Source of the DNA: a bacterium | Lineage (GTDB): Bacteria; Patescibacteriota; Minisyncoccia; JAHIHE01 | DNA length: 64,000 nucleotides | Assembly: GCA_030693205.1 (NCBI GenBank) | Contig: JAUYBG010000006.1 | Location: 68,015-132,014, forward strand | Direction of reading: 5' to 3' | Shown: piece by piece, positions 20,867-30,406 of the stretch | Position numbering within the stretch: the first letter of the stretch is position 1 | Layout: each line of letters opens with the position of its first letter | Notes under the pieces: model-generated | The model's input: only the letters and a program-made list of their open reading frames with translations | What the model was told of the DNA's origin: nothing | Database searches by the model: none | Program-made: the position numbers and the translations under genes

Positions 20867-20947
20867 AAATAAAACCCACTATCATTCTATCTTTTTTTTA
20901 AGAAAAAATCCAGTGGGTATAAAACCTCCCTTTTTATATTTCACTAT

Positions 20948-22336
20948 TTAACTAACCTGCGCTTGCTTATAAAGATCCCAAACAAGCCATTCGAGCGTCA
21001 TTTTCGCATGTACGCAAAAGCGTTTATCGAGTGCCCAAATAGAACCCTCTTCAAGCTCTGCTTGATATGGACAGCCTCCACCACAAATACCTAAAGCAGG
21101 GCAGCTTTGACATTCCGGCATATTCAGAGGCGATCTCATACTCCATTCTCTGAAATCTTTATCATTGCTGATATTAAAGTCGTTGTCGTAGACATTTGTT
21201 GGGAAATATTTCTTTTTACCAACAAACCCATGGCAAACTCCAATATCTCCATCAGGTGCAATCACTATCTGATTGCCCCCAGTTGCTCCGCAGTCAAATG
21301 GCCAAACTGTCTTTTCGATAAAAGCATTCGCTTTTCTCATTATGCGATCTTCGTAGACGCCTCTTTTTCTAAAAACTTGAAAAGCATCAAGAATAAATTT
21401 TGCCGCTCTTTCGTTGTAACCATTATCCATTTTTCCGTCATTACTAATCAGCAGATTTAATCCTAAATTGGATATTCCGCATTCATCCAGTAAAACCCGT
21501 ATGGTAGCGTCGAAATCACGGATACTTGCCTCTGAAAGAGTGCATGACGCACCGATATTCATACCTGCTTCTTTGCAAACCTGAAAGCCTCTTTTGATGT
21601 CTTGATAAACGGGCTCTCCGCTTGCATAGATCCGGCTGGAGTTAGTTGCAAAGTCATCGCCGTCAATTGATATTGAGACCTGAACATCGTGGCTCTTAAG
21701 CATTCTGGCAATCTCGTGATTTAATAAACTTCCATTAGTCACTAGATTAAGGGTTGTTTTTTTGGGAAGCTTACCACTTTCCATGTACTTTTTAATCTTA
21801 TTTAAAAGCATCTCAAGTACTGTCCAATTCAACAAGGGCTCTCCGCCATAAAAAACAATTGTTTTTTCTAGATCAAACTGTTCAGGATCTTCTGCAATTA
21901 ATCGACAAAAGAAATCAAGTCCTTTAAAAGCTATCTCCTCTGTCATATTACCCATGGGATTATTATTTTTTACAAAACAATAACCGCAACGGAAATTACA
22001 CCTTTCTGTTAGGATGACATAGGCTAAGTGGGGATAAGGCTTGCCAAGCAAATCCATGAAATAATCAATAGCTTTTTTATCTTCTGCGGGATCCTGGATC
22101 AAAACTTTTACATTTTTAAGGGCATCAACCGCTCTTAAAAAAGTTTCTTGATCTTTTGAGCCAACAAGCGCGAGTAGGCTTTGCGAATCAGCGCCTCCCT
22201 CAAATTTCTTAATTATCGGCAGAAGCGCATCCGGAATATAAACTGGCATCATCCGAAGAGAATGATAGCAAGCTATTACAGGTTTTTGCTCAAAAAAATG
22301 AGCGTATCTTGAAAGGAAAAGGGTTGTTCTTTCCAT
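20948..22336 (-). CDS. radical SAM/SPASM peptide maturase (FibroRumin-like), cassette A
   Basis: CNFRCGYC, FYGGEPL, SPASM C..G..C and CxxC-x5-CGGGC; N-terminal YHSLRM.PVY recalls FibroRumin maturases (from memory). Confidence 0.88.
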   Translation of the reverse strand: MERTTLFLSRYAHFFEQKPVIACYHSLRMMPVYIPDALLPIIKKFEGGADSQSLLALVGSKDQETFLRAVDALKNVKVLIQDPAEDKKAIDYFMDLLGKPYPHLAYVILTERCNFRCGYCFVKNNNPMGNMTEEIAFKGLDFFCRLIAEDPEQFDLEKTIVFYGGEPLLNWTVLEMLLNKIKKYMESGKLPKKTTLNLVTNGSLLNHEIARMLKSHDVQVSISIDGDDFATNSSRIYASGEPVYQDIKRGFQVCKEAGMNIGASCTLSEASIRDFDATIRVLLDECGISNLGLNLLISNDGKMDNGYNERAAKFILDAFQVFRKRGVYEDRIMRKANAFIEKTVWPFDCGATGGNQIVIAPDGDIGVCHGFVGKKKYFPTNVYDNDFNISNDKDFREWSMRSPLNMPECQSCPALGICGGGCPYQAELEEGSIWALDKRFCVHAKMTLEWLVWDLYKQAQVS

Positions 22337-22433
22337 ACATTACCTCCTTTATTTCTATATAATCTATTTTCCTTTATTCGAACAAGGAAGGAGAAACCTT
22401 TGCTTCCCCATCCCTATTCGGCCGAACAGGTTT

Positions 22434-22577
22434 TTACCATAGCGATTTATCTATGCCCTTGTTGTATCTACATGCGCACTTACACGCACATGTACCACAT
22501 TTGGCTGCATGTACAGTATTTGCAGCATTACCTAGCACCTTAGCGGCATCTACCGCTGTTGGCGAAATAACATCCAT
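22434..22577 (-). CDS. 47-aa Cys-rich RiPP precursor A (not in ORF track)
   Basis: MDVISPTAVDAAKVLGNAANTVHAAKCGTCACKCACRYNKGIDKSLW; SD GGAGG; directly upstream of rSAM. Confidence 0.88.
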   Translation of the reverse strand: MDVISPTAVDAAKVLGNAANTVHAAKCGTCACKCACRYNKGIDKSLW

Positions 22578-22596
22578 TTTTACATCCTCCTGTATG

Positions 22597-22682
22597 TTTT
22601 AAAAGAACTCATCTGGCTAAATAGCTTCTATTTAGCCATCCTTCCTTGAGCACAACTCTAACAAATCCGGGAGTTTTGTCAA
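22597..22682 (-). promoter_or_regulatory. shared RiPP promoter/leader, copy A
   Basis: TTGACA(22682-22677)-16-TAGAGT; hairpin TGGCTAAATAG/CTATTTAGCCA 22614-22638; GAGTTCTTTTAAAA. Confidence 0.85.
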
Positions 22683-22780
22683 TGACAAGTTGCCATATAA
22701 AATAATCTTACAAAAAACATTCCCGCATTTATATACAAGAATGTTTTAATAACCAGAATAAACCTCGCCGATCTTTCATT

Positions 22781-23098
22781 CTATTTTTCCACAATATCTA
22801 CGATTTTAATTTCGGTAAAAGGCTGTTTGTGCCCTTTGTGAACTCTTTGGCGTTCCTTTGCCTTGTATTTGGTCAAAGTCACTTTTGGCAATCTTCCTTG
22901 TTTCAAGACATCGCCGGTCACTTTCGCGCCTTTGATGACAGGAGTGCCAATGACCGTCTTGCCGTCATTGTTAATAAGCAAAACATTGTTAAAATCAATC
23001 TTATCGCCTTCCTTGACGCTTAATTTTTCCACTTTAATTTTATCGCCGGGAGAAACCAAATACTGCTTCGCTCCGGATTCAATCACTGCAATTTTCAT
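22781..23098 (-). CDS. rplU: 50S ribosomal protein L21
   Basis: AVIESGAKQYLV, GHKQPFT. Confidence 0.95.
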   Translation of the reverse strand: MKIAVIESGAKQYLVSPGDKIKVEKLSVKEGDKIDFNNVLLINNDGKTVIGTPVIKGAKVTGDVLKQGRLPKVTLTKYKAKERQRVHKGHKQPFTEIKIVDIVEK

Positions 23099-23192
23099 AT
23101 AAAAATAATTATCTGAATTAATATAATATTTACTTTAACAAATAATGGGTGGAATGTCAACCTCTTTAGTCTGTAAGCCCTCTTAATGCTTT

Positions 23193-23307
23193 ACCCCGTC
23201 AGAAGTTGTAATCTAACCTTGCTTTTAAATGAAAACTGAAGGCGAAGCCGATTTATCTTTAAATATAAGGAAATAAATGAGATTTTCCTAAAACTTCTGA
23301 CCGGGGT
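23193..23307. mobile_element. MITE-like element, second copy of the ACCCCGT family
   Basis: accccgtcagaagtt ... aacttctgaccggggt terminal inverted repeats. Confidence 0.7.
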
Positions 23308-23756
23308 TGACAAATCCTGAATTTCTGCTATACTTTAGATAATTTACTAACGCACTAGATTTACCTATGATTAGTTTCTGCAATCAAAGCAAAAAGGGTC
23401 AAATGCTCAATACCGGCTTAAAAACCGTGCAATTCCGCTACCGCGCGAACCTAGGCGACATAAAAGAGATGGCAGAAAAAATCTAATAGTGAATCCGGTG
23501 CGGGAGCAATTCCCGTATTTTTTTAAAAAAGGAGGGGATGTCGTTCTTTTACAATTTAAATAATTTTCTTCAGGGCAGAAATTTGATTGCACAAAAATGT
23601 AATCAATAACTGTCTTGAAGATACAAAAATCTCGAAGCAGAATGAAAATCACGAATAGGATAGAATGGGAATGTACAGAATACGAATACTTCATCTGGAA
23701 GTAAAACAGAACCGAAATAAAATAAAGCCCCTTAGGGCAGGATAAAAGTGATTGAA

Positions 23757-24536
23757 ATGGTAATCAAGAAAGAAGGCAATGGCGAAGTAGGAAAAATTGA
23801 ACAGATTAAACTGCCAAAGTGGCTCGAAGAACTGATAACGAAAAAATGGTTTCTGTATCTGTTTGCCGCTGTAGTGCTTGTGATGGTTATCGGATTCTCA
23901 TTGCCGGCAAGTACGCGAGACAATATTGCAAATGCAATATTTGCTAAAACTGCAACTGATGGTTCGCTCTCGTCTGGCGGCAGTTCGTCTGGCGGCGGAA
24001 TGATGGGTAATAGTCAACCTGTAGTCGGAACGGCAACTCCAACCCCGACAGAGGGGAAGGAGAAGAATCAGATCAGTGCGGATCGTAATGACCCGATTCT
24101 TGCGCAAAGAATTAACCGTCTGGAAATAGGCGGAAAATCTTTAATGCCAATTGGCAATCTTCCGCAAGAGATAAGAATTGGAAAATCAAATCTCTATATT
24201 ACAAGCATGATTGTCAATAATAAAGTTAGCGGCTATTTAGAAAATCGTGGCGCCAATAATATAAATATAATAGGTGAAAAAAAATTCACTTTCATAACGA
24301 AAGATTATCTATATTTAACGGAATTACCTATAATTTATATAAACGGCCAAAGTAGCTCAAGCGCTTCCACCTTTTTGAAAGCTGGAGAAAAAAAATCATT
24401 CCAGACAATTGATACGCAAAACATAAACGAATATCAAAAGCTTGGAGGATTAAAAGACGATCTCTTAAAAATAAACAATTTAGTAAAACAATCCGCTTAT
24501 ATACAAATAAGCGAATTCAGCACTTCAGATGCATAA
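23757..24536 (+). CDS. membrane-anchored hypothetical protein with Gly/Ser and PT linker
   Basis: single TM, SSGGSSSGGG and TATPTPT linker. Confidence 0.65.
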   Translation: MVIKKEGNGEVGKIEQIKLPKWLEELITKKWFLYLFAAVVLVMVIGFSLPASTRDNIANAIFAKTATDGSLSSGGSSSGGGMMGNSQPVVGTATPTPTEGKEKNQISADRNDPILAQRINRLEIGGKSLMPIGNLPQEIRIGKSNLYITSMIVNNKVSGYLENRGANNINIIGEKKFTFITKDYLYLTELPIIYINGQSSSSASTFLKAGEKKSFQTIDTQNINEYQKLGGLKDDLLKINNLVKQSAYIQISEFSTSDA

Positions 24537-24562
24537 GTAAGTATATGCATCTTTTTTATTTT

Positions 24563-25984
24563 TTATGGATTAACGTTGATCTGAACTCTATCCATAATAG
24601 GACCGTAACAACCATTCTTACTAGTTATTCTTAACCACCCCTCATACTTACCAGCTGCCGCATATGTCGTCGATGTCATACCTCCAGTATATGTTACATC
24701 AAATAATGCATTACCGAGAACACCTAAAACACCAAGTAATAAATCACAATTCGTTGTTTCACTTTTTGCATAATCTGATGTCCATCCTAACCATGGGGTA
24801 GTATAATCGATCTCATATCTATCTACCCCGTTATCAAAACCCGGACCATCACTGAGAACATCGGTTTTTAAATTTGGATAAGCATAGTCCGCTGAATAAG
24901 TTCTTCCATCGAAATAAACAGTTTCACCCACTTTAACGCTTACTTGTTTTCCCATAGGCATAAAAGTTGTCCCTACCCTTAAATCCGCTTTCATACAATG
25001 ATACAACCCATCGCTTGCCCAAGACGGATTTGAACAAATATCTTTGCAGGCAAGCTTTCCCGAAACAAAAATTTTCGCCGGATGTCGCGGGTAATCGGTT
25101 GCGATGCAGGCAGGAACTCCGGTAGCGGTAAAATTTACTACATTACTGGCAATAAAAGTTGAGCTGGAATACGGATCAGTTTCCGGAAAAATCGCCTGAA
25201 GTTTTACATCATCGGCACAAAATGTAGGAAGCGTAGACAAAATAGAAAAAATACCGCTAGCGTTCGTTTGTATTTGAGTATATCTCATTCCATCAATTCC
25301 TGCCCCATCATTAATAACATATACTCTTATATTGGTGTTAACCACGGGATTACCGCTTGCATCAGTAAGCTTCCCTGCCAGAGTTACAGAAGCGCCAACA
25401 GCCGCGGATGCTCCGTCTGCGGGAGAGGTTAAAGTGATTTTAGCGGGAGCATTAGGACTGACAAAAACATCTGCTTCCATATTATCTATGCAATGGCACG
25501 GCGCATTAACTGTTCCATTTCCCAATGAACCGGGTCCATCGCACATCTCAAGCGGATCGCTTGCCGTCGGACTATAACCTACCGCACTCCACGGCATCGC
25601 CGGATTTTTAAGCACTAGAATATCGGGGTTGATCGTGTTAATAATCACCCAAGAAGAAATGGCCAGAAGAAGGCCGATAATTGCCGAATTAATCGTGTGT
25701 TTGGCATCTTCGATGGCTGAAGGATTGCCGGCGGAAGTCAGATATCTTGCGCCCCCGATGACGATCGCGCCCATCGCCACAATACCGACTACGGAAATAA
25801 GAAAAGTATAAAGCCCGGAAAGATAGACTTGAACTTTTGCGCCGGGTGGAATGCCGGGAATAGTGACCAAAGCGTTATAAGTTGTCTGAGCTAAAGCGGA
25901 ATTCGAATAAAAAAATAAGCTTAGTAAAAATATAATGCTAGCTAAAACTATTTTTTTGTTTTTGCTAAAAATTTTTAAAATCAT
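24563..25984 (-). CDS. pilin-like (TrbC/VirB2-type) membrane protein with large Cys-containing extracellular domain
   Basis: GIVAMGAIVIGGARYLTSAGNP..IEDAK..I.SAIIGLLLA...IINTINP, typical CPR pilin; Ig-like C-terminus. Confidence 0.75.
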   Translation of the reverse strand: MILKIFSKNKKIVLASIIFLLSLFFYSNSALAQTTYNALVTIPGIPPGAKVQVYLSGLYTFLISVVGIVAMGAIVIGGARYLTSAGNPSAIEDAKHTINSAIIGLLLAISSWVIINTINPDILVLKNPAMPWSAVGYSPTASDPLEMCDGPGSLGNGTVNAPCHCIDNMEADVFVSPNAPAKITLTSPADGASAAVGASVTLAGKLTDASGNPVVNTNIRVYVINDGAGIDGMRYTQIQTNASGIFSILSTLPTFCADDVKLQAIFPETDPYSSSTFIASNVVNFTATGVPACIATDYPRHPAKIFVSGKLACKDICSNPSWASDGLYHCMKADLRVGTTFMPMGKQVSVKVGETVYFDGRTYSADYAYPNLKTDVLSDGPGFDNGVDRYEIDYTTPWLGWTSDYAKSETTNCDLLLGVLGVLGNALFDVTYTGGMTSTTYAAAGKYEGWLRITSKNGCYGPIMDRVQINVNP

Positions 25985-26023
25985 ATTGTTTTAAAGAAAT
26001 TATCTATACCGTTATTATACAAT

Positions 26024-26164
26024 TATTGGGGTTTTTAGACAAGCGTGAACTATATATTTTCCCAAATTTTATCTTTATCTTTATCTTCCTGCCGCACCGG
26101 CAAAATTACGGTAAAAGTCGAGCCTTTACCTTCCCCTTCCGAGATTACCTTAATTTTTCCGTGA
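26024..26164 (-). repeat. histidine kinase 3'-end remnant 1 plus flank
   Basis: encodes HGKIKVISEGEGKGSTFTVILPVRQEDKDKDKIWENI*; direct repeat of 29347-29480 and of the kinase end at 32066-32149. Confidence 0.9.
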
Positions 26165-26172
26165 CAGTACTT

Positions 26173-26850
26173 TTATTTTTTCTTTCCAATAATAATTACT
26201 CGCCGACTATTAATATTTAATTTCTCCATATCATAATTTCCATATACTGAAGATATGAATAAGTTATTATCGTTAAACTTTCTTTTAAGTTCTGGAAAAG
26301 TATAATACCTTACTCCTTTATTACTATGATCTTTGTCTACGACAAGCTCCATCTTGGTAAAATCAAATTTATATGGAGCTTTCGGATTTTCTCTTAAATA
26401 GCCGATAACCCTAAATACATTATCGCAGTCCAGTAAAAACATTCCATTCTTTTCCATTATTTTAGTAATATTTTTCAATGTTTCGTCAGGCTCAATCATT
26501 CTAAGATCAGAAAAAAATAAGAATATTTTATTATACTTTTTTTTAAGATCTAATTTATGAATATCCTGTGTAAAAAAATTTATCTCTAAATTTTCTTGTT
26601 TGGCGTGCTTTTTGGCAACCTCGATCAAATAATCGGAAAAATCCAAACCATCAATATTATATCCTCTTTTTTTAAGCTCAATAGTATGCCGTCCGTTACC
26701 GCAAGCAACATCTAATATCTTGTCTCTCTTTTTTAATTTTAAGGATTTAATAAGAAAATCAACGTCTTTTTGCAGCTGTTCCGGGGAAAAATATTCTTTA
26801 TGCTCTTCTAGATAAGAACCTTTTGGACCATAATACCGTTTTAGACTCAT
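26173..26850 (-). CDS. class I SAM-dependent methyltransferase, cassette B
   Basis: ILDVACGNGRH motif I. Confidence 0.88.
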   Translation of the reverse strand: MSLKRYYGPKGSYLEEHKEYFSPEQLQKDVDFLIKSLKLKKRDKILDVACGNGRHTIELKKRGYNIDGLDFSDYLIEVAKKHAKQENLEINFFTQDIHKLDLKKKYNKIFLFFSDLRMIEPDETLKNITKIMEKNGMFLLDCDNVFRVIGYLRENPKAPYKFDFTKMELVVDKDHSNKGVRYYTFPELKRKFNDNNLFISSVYGNYDMEKLNINSRRVIIIGKKK

Positions 26851-26864
26851 AATTTTATTTATAA

Positions 26865-27608
26865 TTATATTTTTACTCCAACAATAATCATTCTCTTGCT
26901 GTTAAAATCAAAATTCTCTCCTTCATAAGATCCATAAACTTTTTTTATCCTTAAACCATTTTCTTCTAAGATTTTTTTAATTTCTGGAAAAGAATACAGT
27001 CTTAAAATATATTCGGATTTTTTTTGTTTTCCTTTTTCTGTAATTTTTAGTTTTACATGGTCTTGGAAAGTAATTGGATTAAAAGCATGATTTTCCAAAA
27101 TATTTTTTTTACCATTTTTGTATTTAAAAACACTTTTAAAATGAGATAAAAAATAACAAATATTCCGAGTGTCAATTATAAATTTCCCTTTACGATTTAA
27201 TGATTTAGAAATATTTTCAATAATTTTTCTGTTGTCGCTATCGCTAAAATATCCGAATGAAGTAAAAAGATTAAGAATAACATCAAATCTTTTTTTAAAT
27301 AAAAACTTACAAATATCCCCATAAATAAAATCTGCTTTAACGCCTTTTTCTTTGGCAATATTTTTTCCAACTCTTAAAAAAGGTTTTGAATAATCAATGC
27401 CCACCACATTATATCCTCTTTCTGCTAATCCAATCATATGTCTGCCCCAGCCACAACATAAATCTAAAATTTTGTCTTCTTTTTTTAATCTTAAAATATT
27501 AATGATAAAATCAATTTCTTTTTTGGTTCTCTTGTCGTCAAAAAGAAAATAATAAAGCTCTAAATAATCTTTATTAAAATAGTATTTCCACCAATTATTT
27601 TTAATCAT
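26865..27608 (-). CDS. class I SAM-dependent methyltransferase, cassette B
   Basis: ILDLCCGWGRH, NLFTSFGYF; paralogous to 26173-26850. Confidence 0.9.
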   Translation of the reverse strand: MIKNNWWKYYFNKDYLELYYFLFDDKRTKKEIDFIINILRLKKEDKILDLCCGWGRHMIGLAERGYNVVGIDYSKPFLRVGKNIAKEKGVKADFIYGDICKFLFKKRFDVILNLFTSFGYFSDSDNRKIIENISKSLNRKGKFIIDTRNICYFLSHFKSVFKYKNGKKNILENHAFNPITFQDHVKLKITEKGKQKKSEYILRLYSFPEIKKILEENGLRIKKVYGSYEGENFDFNSKRMIIVGVKI

Positions 27609-27705
27609 TTTATTTTTTTATTTATTAAACCTTTGGTTTATTTTAGTATAGCATAAATAAAAATTTTATCAATATAAAAATAACTGTAAAATTTGAATTT
27701 TACAG

Positions 27706-29025
27706 TTATAAACTTTTTAAATTCCAGCAAGTCTGATCGGCATGAACATCATCGCCAAATTTTGACATAGATATTCCCTTGCATCCTCCATTGCACGACA
27801 AAGAAAATTTACATACTAGACATTCTTGTACTATATCCATCGAAAACGGATTTGTTTTTTCCCAAATCGAACGGATATTATTATTCGTCAAATTTCCTAA
27901 AACCGGAAGTCGCGAATGTGGACAAGGAGTAATTTTTCCGTCGAAAGTTATATTACAAATACTTCTTCCTGCTTCACATCCTCTTATTGCTTTTATAGAT
28001 TGATCTATAAGAAAAGGAAAAAATACCAATTTCTCGTAAGAAATCATTTTGGGGTATTTTTTTTCTAACAAAACCAATGTTTCGGTCGCGATTCTGAGTT
28101 GGTCGCTTGTTAATTTAGAAAGAGAATTTGCTCTTCCTTCTTGCATACATCTAAAAGCAATAAACCAGTCTATTCCTAAATCATAAACAGCTAAAAATGT
28201 TTCTTCTATTTTATCAAAGTTTAGATTATTAACCGTCATTGCGCAGCGAACATTCATTCCCTGATTTTTAAGAATCGTAATCGCTCTAATGGCTTTTTCG
28301 TATACTCCTTTTCCTCGAATAAAATCGTGTATCGTTTCTGGACCATCAATGCTTACTTGAATTACCGATAAACCTGTTCTCGATAGTTTTGCCGCTCTTC
28401 TTTTAGTTACCAATATTCCATTGGTGCTAAGCGAAACGCTGACACCTTCTTTCGTTGCTCTTTCGATTATTTCATCAAGGCAACAGACAAGCAATGGCTC
28501 TCCGCCACCAAGACCAAGATAGAATATTCCATTATCCAATAGCTGCTTTTCTATCGCAAATATTTGCTCTGCAGATAAAGCATTTTTTGTTAAACCAGAT
28601 CCTGTATAGCAATGCTTGCATCTTAAATTACAAAGATCAGTTAATTCCCAAAAAACTATTGAAGGGAATTTTAATTTGGGAAATACAATAGGTTTATCGT
28701 CTGTATTATTGGAAAATTTTTTAGTTGATAATATTATGCGTCTATTACAGCTATCAAATAAACCAATTTCTCCAATCTGATTTACGAAAGCAATAATTGT
28801 TTCATCGTTTATATTTTTATGCCTTCTTTTTATTTCCTGAACAATGTCACTAAGACTGATTTCTCCTGTGCATAATTCTATAATTTCTATTCCAATTTTA
28901 TTTACCCGAAAACATATTTGATCAGTTTCTATGGCTAGCTCTACTGGCGGTTTAACTAATCCACCAAAATTTTCTCTGCGATGGCGTACCCCTTTTGTCA
29001 AGTGTGGCTTAAAATCTTGTTCCAT
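27706..29025 (-). CDS. RRE/PqqD-fused radical SAM/SPASM protein (MftC/PqqE-like), cassette B
   Basis: N-terminal PqqD-like VNKIGIEIIELCTGEISLSDIV; FWELTDLCNLRCKHCY; GCEAGR...PC; CxxC-x5-CNGGC. Confidence 0.88.
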   Translation of the reverse strand: MEQDFKPHLTKGVRHRRENFGGLVKPPVELAIETDQICFRVNKIGIEIIELCTGEISLSDIVQEIKRRHKNINDETIIAFVNQIGEIGLFDSCNRRIILSTKKFSNNTDDKPIVFPKLKFPSIVFWELTDLCNLRCKHCYTGSGLTKNALSAEQIFAIEKQLLDNGIFYLGLGGGEPLLVCCLDEIIERATKEGVSVSLSTNGILVTKRRAAKLSRTGLSVIQVSIDGPETIHDFIRGKGVYEKAIRAITILKNQGMNVRCAMTVNNLNFDKIEETFLAVYDLGIDWFIAFRCMQEGRANSLSKLTSDQLRIATETLVLLEKKYPKMISYEKLVFFPFLIDQSIKAIRGCEAGRSICNITFDGKITPCPHSRLPVLGNLTNNNIRSIWEKTNPFSMDIVQECLVCKFSLSCNGGCKGISMSKFGDDVHADQTCWNLKSL

Positions 29026-29067
29026 TATTAACCTCCATATAATTCAATTTCTTGTCTAAATAAAATA

Positions 29068-29105
29068 TTTGGAATTATTGCCTTTTAAAAAACAATAATT
29101 CCAAA
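29068..29105 (-). terminator. hairpin/terminator between precursor B and its rSAM gene
   Basis: 13-bp perfect stem tttggaattattg/caataattccaaa followed by a T-rich tract on the minus strand. Confidence 0.65.
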
Positions 29106-29111
29106 ACCCGT

Positions 29112-29219
29112 CTAATCTCCGGCATAAGTTGGGAGCATTACGCATCCTGTAGATATCCTTTCTATTACTGGACTTTCTTGCTCCGAATCTTTCTCTGTCT
29201 TAGAATTTTCTAAACCCAT
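29112..29219 (-). CDS. 35-aa putative RiPP precursor B (not in ORF track)
   Basis: MGLENSKTEKDSEQESPVIERISTGCVMLPTYAGD; SD GAGGAGGTGA. Confidence 0.82.
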   Translation of the reverse strand: MGLENSKTEKDSEQESPVIERISTGCVMLPTYAGD

Positions 29220-29220
29220 T

Positions 29221-29322
29221 TTTTCACCTCCTCAAATTTTAAAAGAACTCATCTGGCTAAATAGTTTCTATTTAGCCATCCTTCCTTGCGTATAACCCTA
29301 GCAAATCCAGGGGTTTTGTCAA
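29221..29322 (-). promoter_or_regulatory. shared RiPP promoter/leader, copy B
   Basis: TTGACA(29322-29317)-16-TAGGGT; same hairpin and boxA-like motif; 52-nt core differs from copy A at one loop base. Confidence 0.85.
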
Positions 29323-29346
29323 ATACTGACTCCCGCTGATTACTTA

Positions 29347-29578
29347 TATTGGGGTTTTTAGACAAGCACGAACTATATATATTCCCAAATTTTATCTTTA
29401 TCTTCCTGCCGCACCGGCAAAATTACGGTAAAAGTCGAGCCCGCGCCTTCCCCTTCCGAGACCACCTTAATTTTTCCGCCATGCTTGGCTATGATCTGCT
29501 TGGCGATAAAAAGTCCCAGGCCGGAACCGTTCGGATTGATATAATTGGATTTTTTCCCGCGTGAAAATTTTTGAAAAA
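29347..29578 (-). repeat. histidine kinase 3'-end remnant 2 plus flank
   Basis: in-frame FQKFSRGKKSNYINPNGSGLGLFIAKQIIAKHGGKIKVVSEGEGAGSTFTVILPVRQEDKDKIWEYI*; matches 32066-32246. Confidence 0.92.
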
Positions 29579-29579
29579 T

Positions 29580-30332
29580 CTATTTTAGACCACCTTTCCA
29601 TTCCTTTTCTAATTCTTCGATCGATTTTTCGAAACCATTTTCAATAATTTTTAAATTTTCCTCGGAATTATTTAATCGCGACAATCTTTGGTAAGTTTTT
29701 TTAAACTTATCCCATCCGTAAGTATTGATTAAAAATCTGACAAAAGAGCCAACTTCCGGATAAATTATTTTAGAATCAACCTTTTCCCAATTTTTATTAT
29801 CAATTAAGTTTTTGATAGAATACAGTTTTTTCTGACTCAATAACTCTTTGGAAATTATATCAATATCCTTACCGAATAAATTTCCTTCCATAAACTGAGC
29901 TAATCCCTCGCAAAACAAATATATCGATAACCCAAGGGATAAAGACAAAAAATGAGTATCTTCATGCTCGCCGATAAACTGGCATTTATCATTATAAATC
30001 GTATGAATTTCAAATTTGTTTGTTTTTGGTTCGCTATTAACTAATTCAAAATCTCCCCAAATCACATTACCAGGGCTGTCATCGCCCATTAAAGATGCTT
30101 TGCTTTTTAAGGACGGATAAATATAATAATGAATAATTTGCTTATTTTTTAAATCAAGAAACGATAAAATTTTATTGTGATGTTTTTCTTTTAGCTTAAT
30201 AATTTTATAAATATCATTTTCAGCTAAAGAATTTTTGAGATAGTAAAAAACATAATGGTTGCTTTTTTGTTTAATCCATTTTTGCCTCAAATAATCGTTT
30301 TTATACCACGGAATTTCTTGTTTTATTTTCAT
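29580..30332 (-). CDS. HExxH gluzincin/peptidase-MA-like protein, cassette C
   Basis: HEDTH, LFCEGLAQFME, YPEVGSFVRFLINTYGWDKF. Confidence 0.75.
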   Translation of the reverse strand: MKIKQEIPWYKNDYLRQKWIKQKSNHYVFYYLKNSLAENDIYKIIKLKEKHHNKILSFLDLKNKQIIHYYIYPSLKSKASLMGDDSPGNVIWGDFELVNSEPKTNKFEIHTIYNDKCQFIGEHEDTHFLSLSLGLSIYLFCEGLAQFMEGNLFGKDIDIISKELLSQKKLYSIKNLIDNKNWEKVDSKIIYPEVGSFVRFLINTYGWDKFKKTYQRLSRLNNSEENLKIIENGFEKSIEELEKEWKGGLK

Positions 30333-30406
30333 ATTGATATATTAGCTTAAATATTATACCAAACAATAAAAAAATTAGCCATTATTGTGTTTAAATGGCT
30401 ATAGCT

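Noticed and set aside
27706-29219. PQQ or mycofactocin biosynthesis
   Set aside because: The peptide lacks ExxxY and IDGxCGVY; pqqB/C and mftD/E/F are absent
26026-29564. Plus-strand ORFs 26026-26220 and 29349-29564 as a duplicated gene family
   Set aside because: Antisense shadows of the kinase-tail remnants
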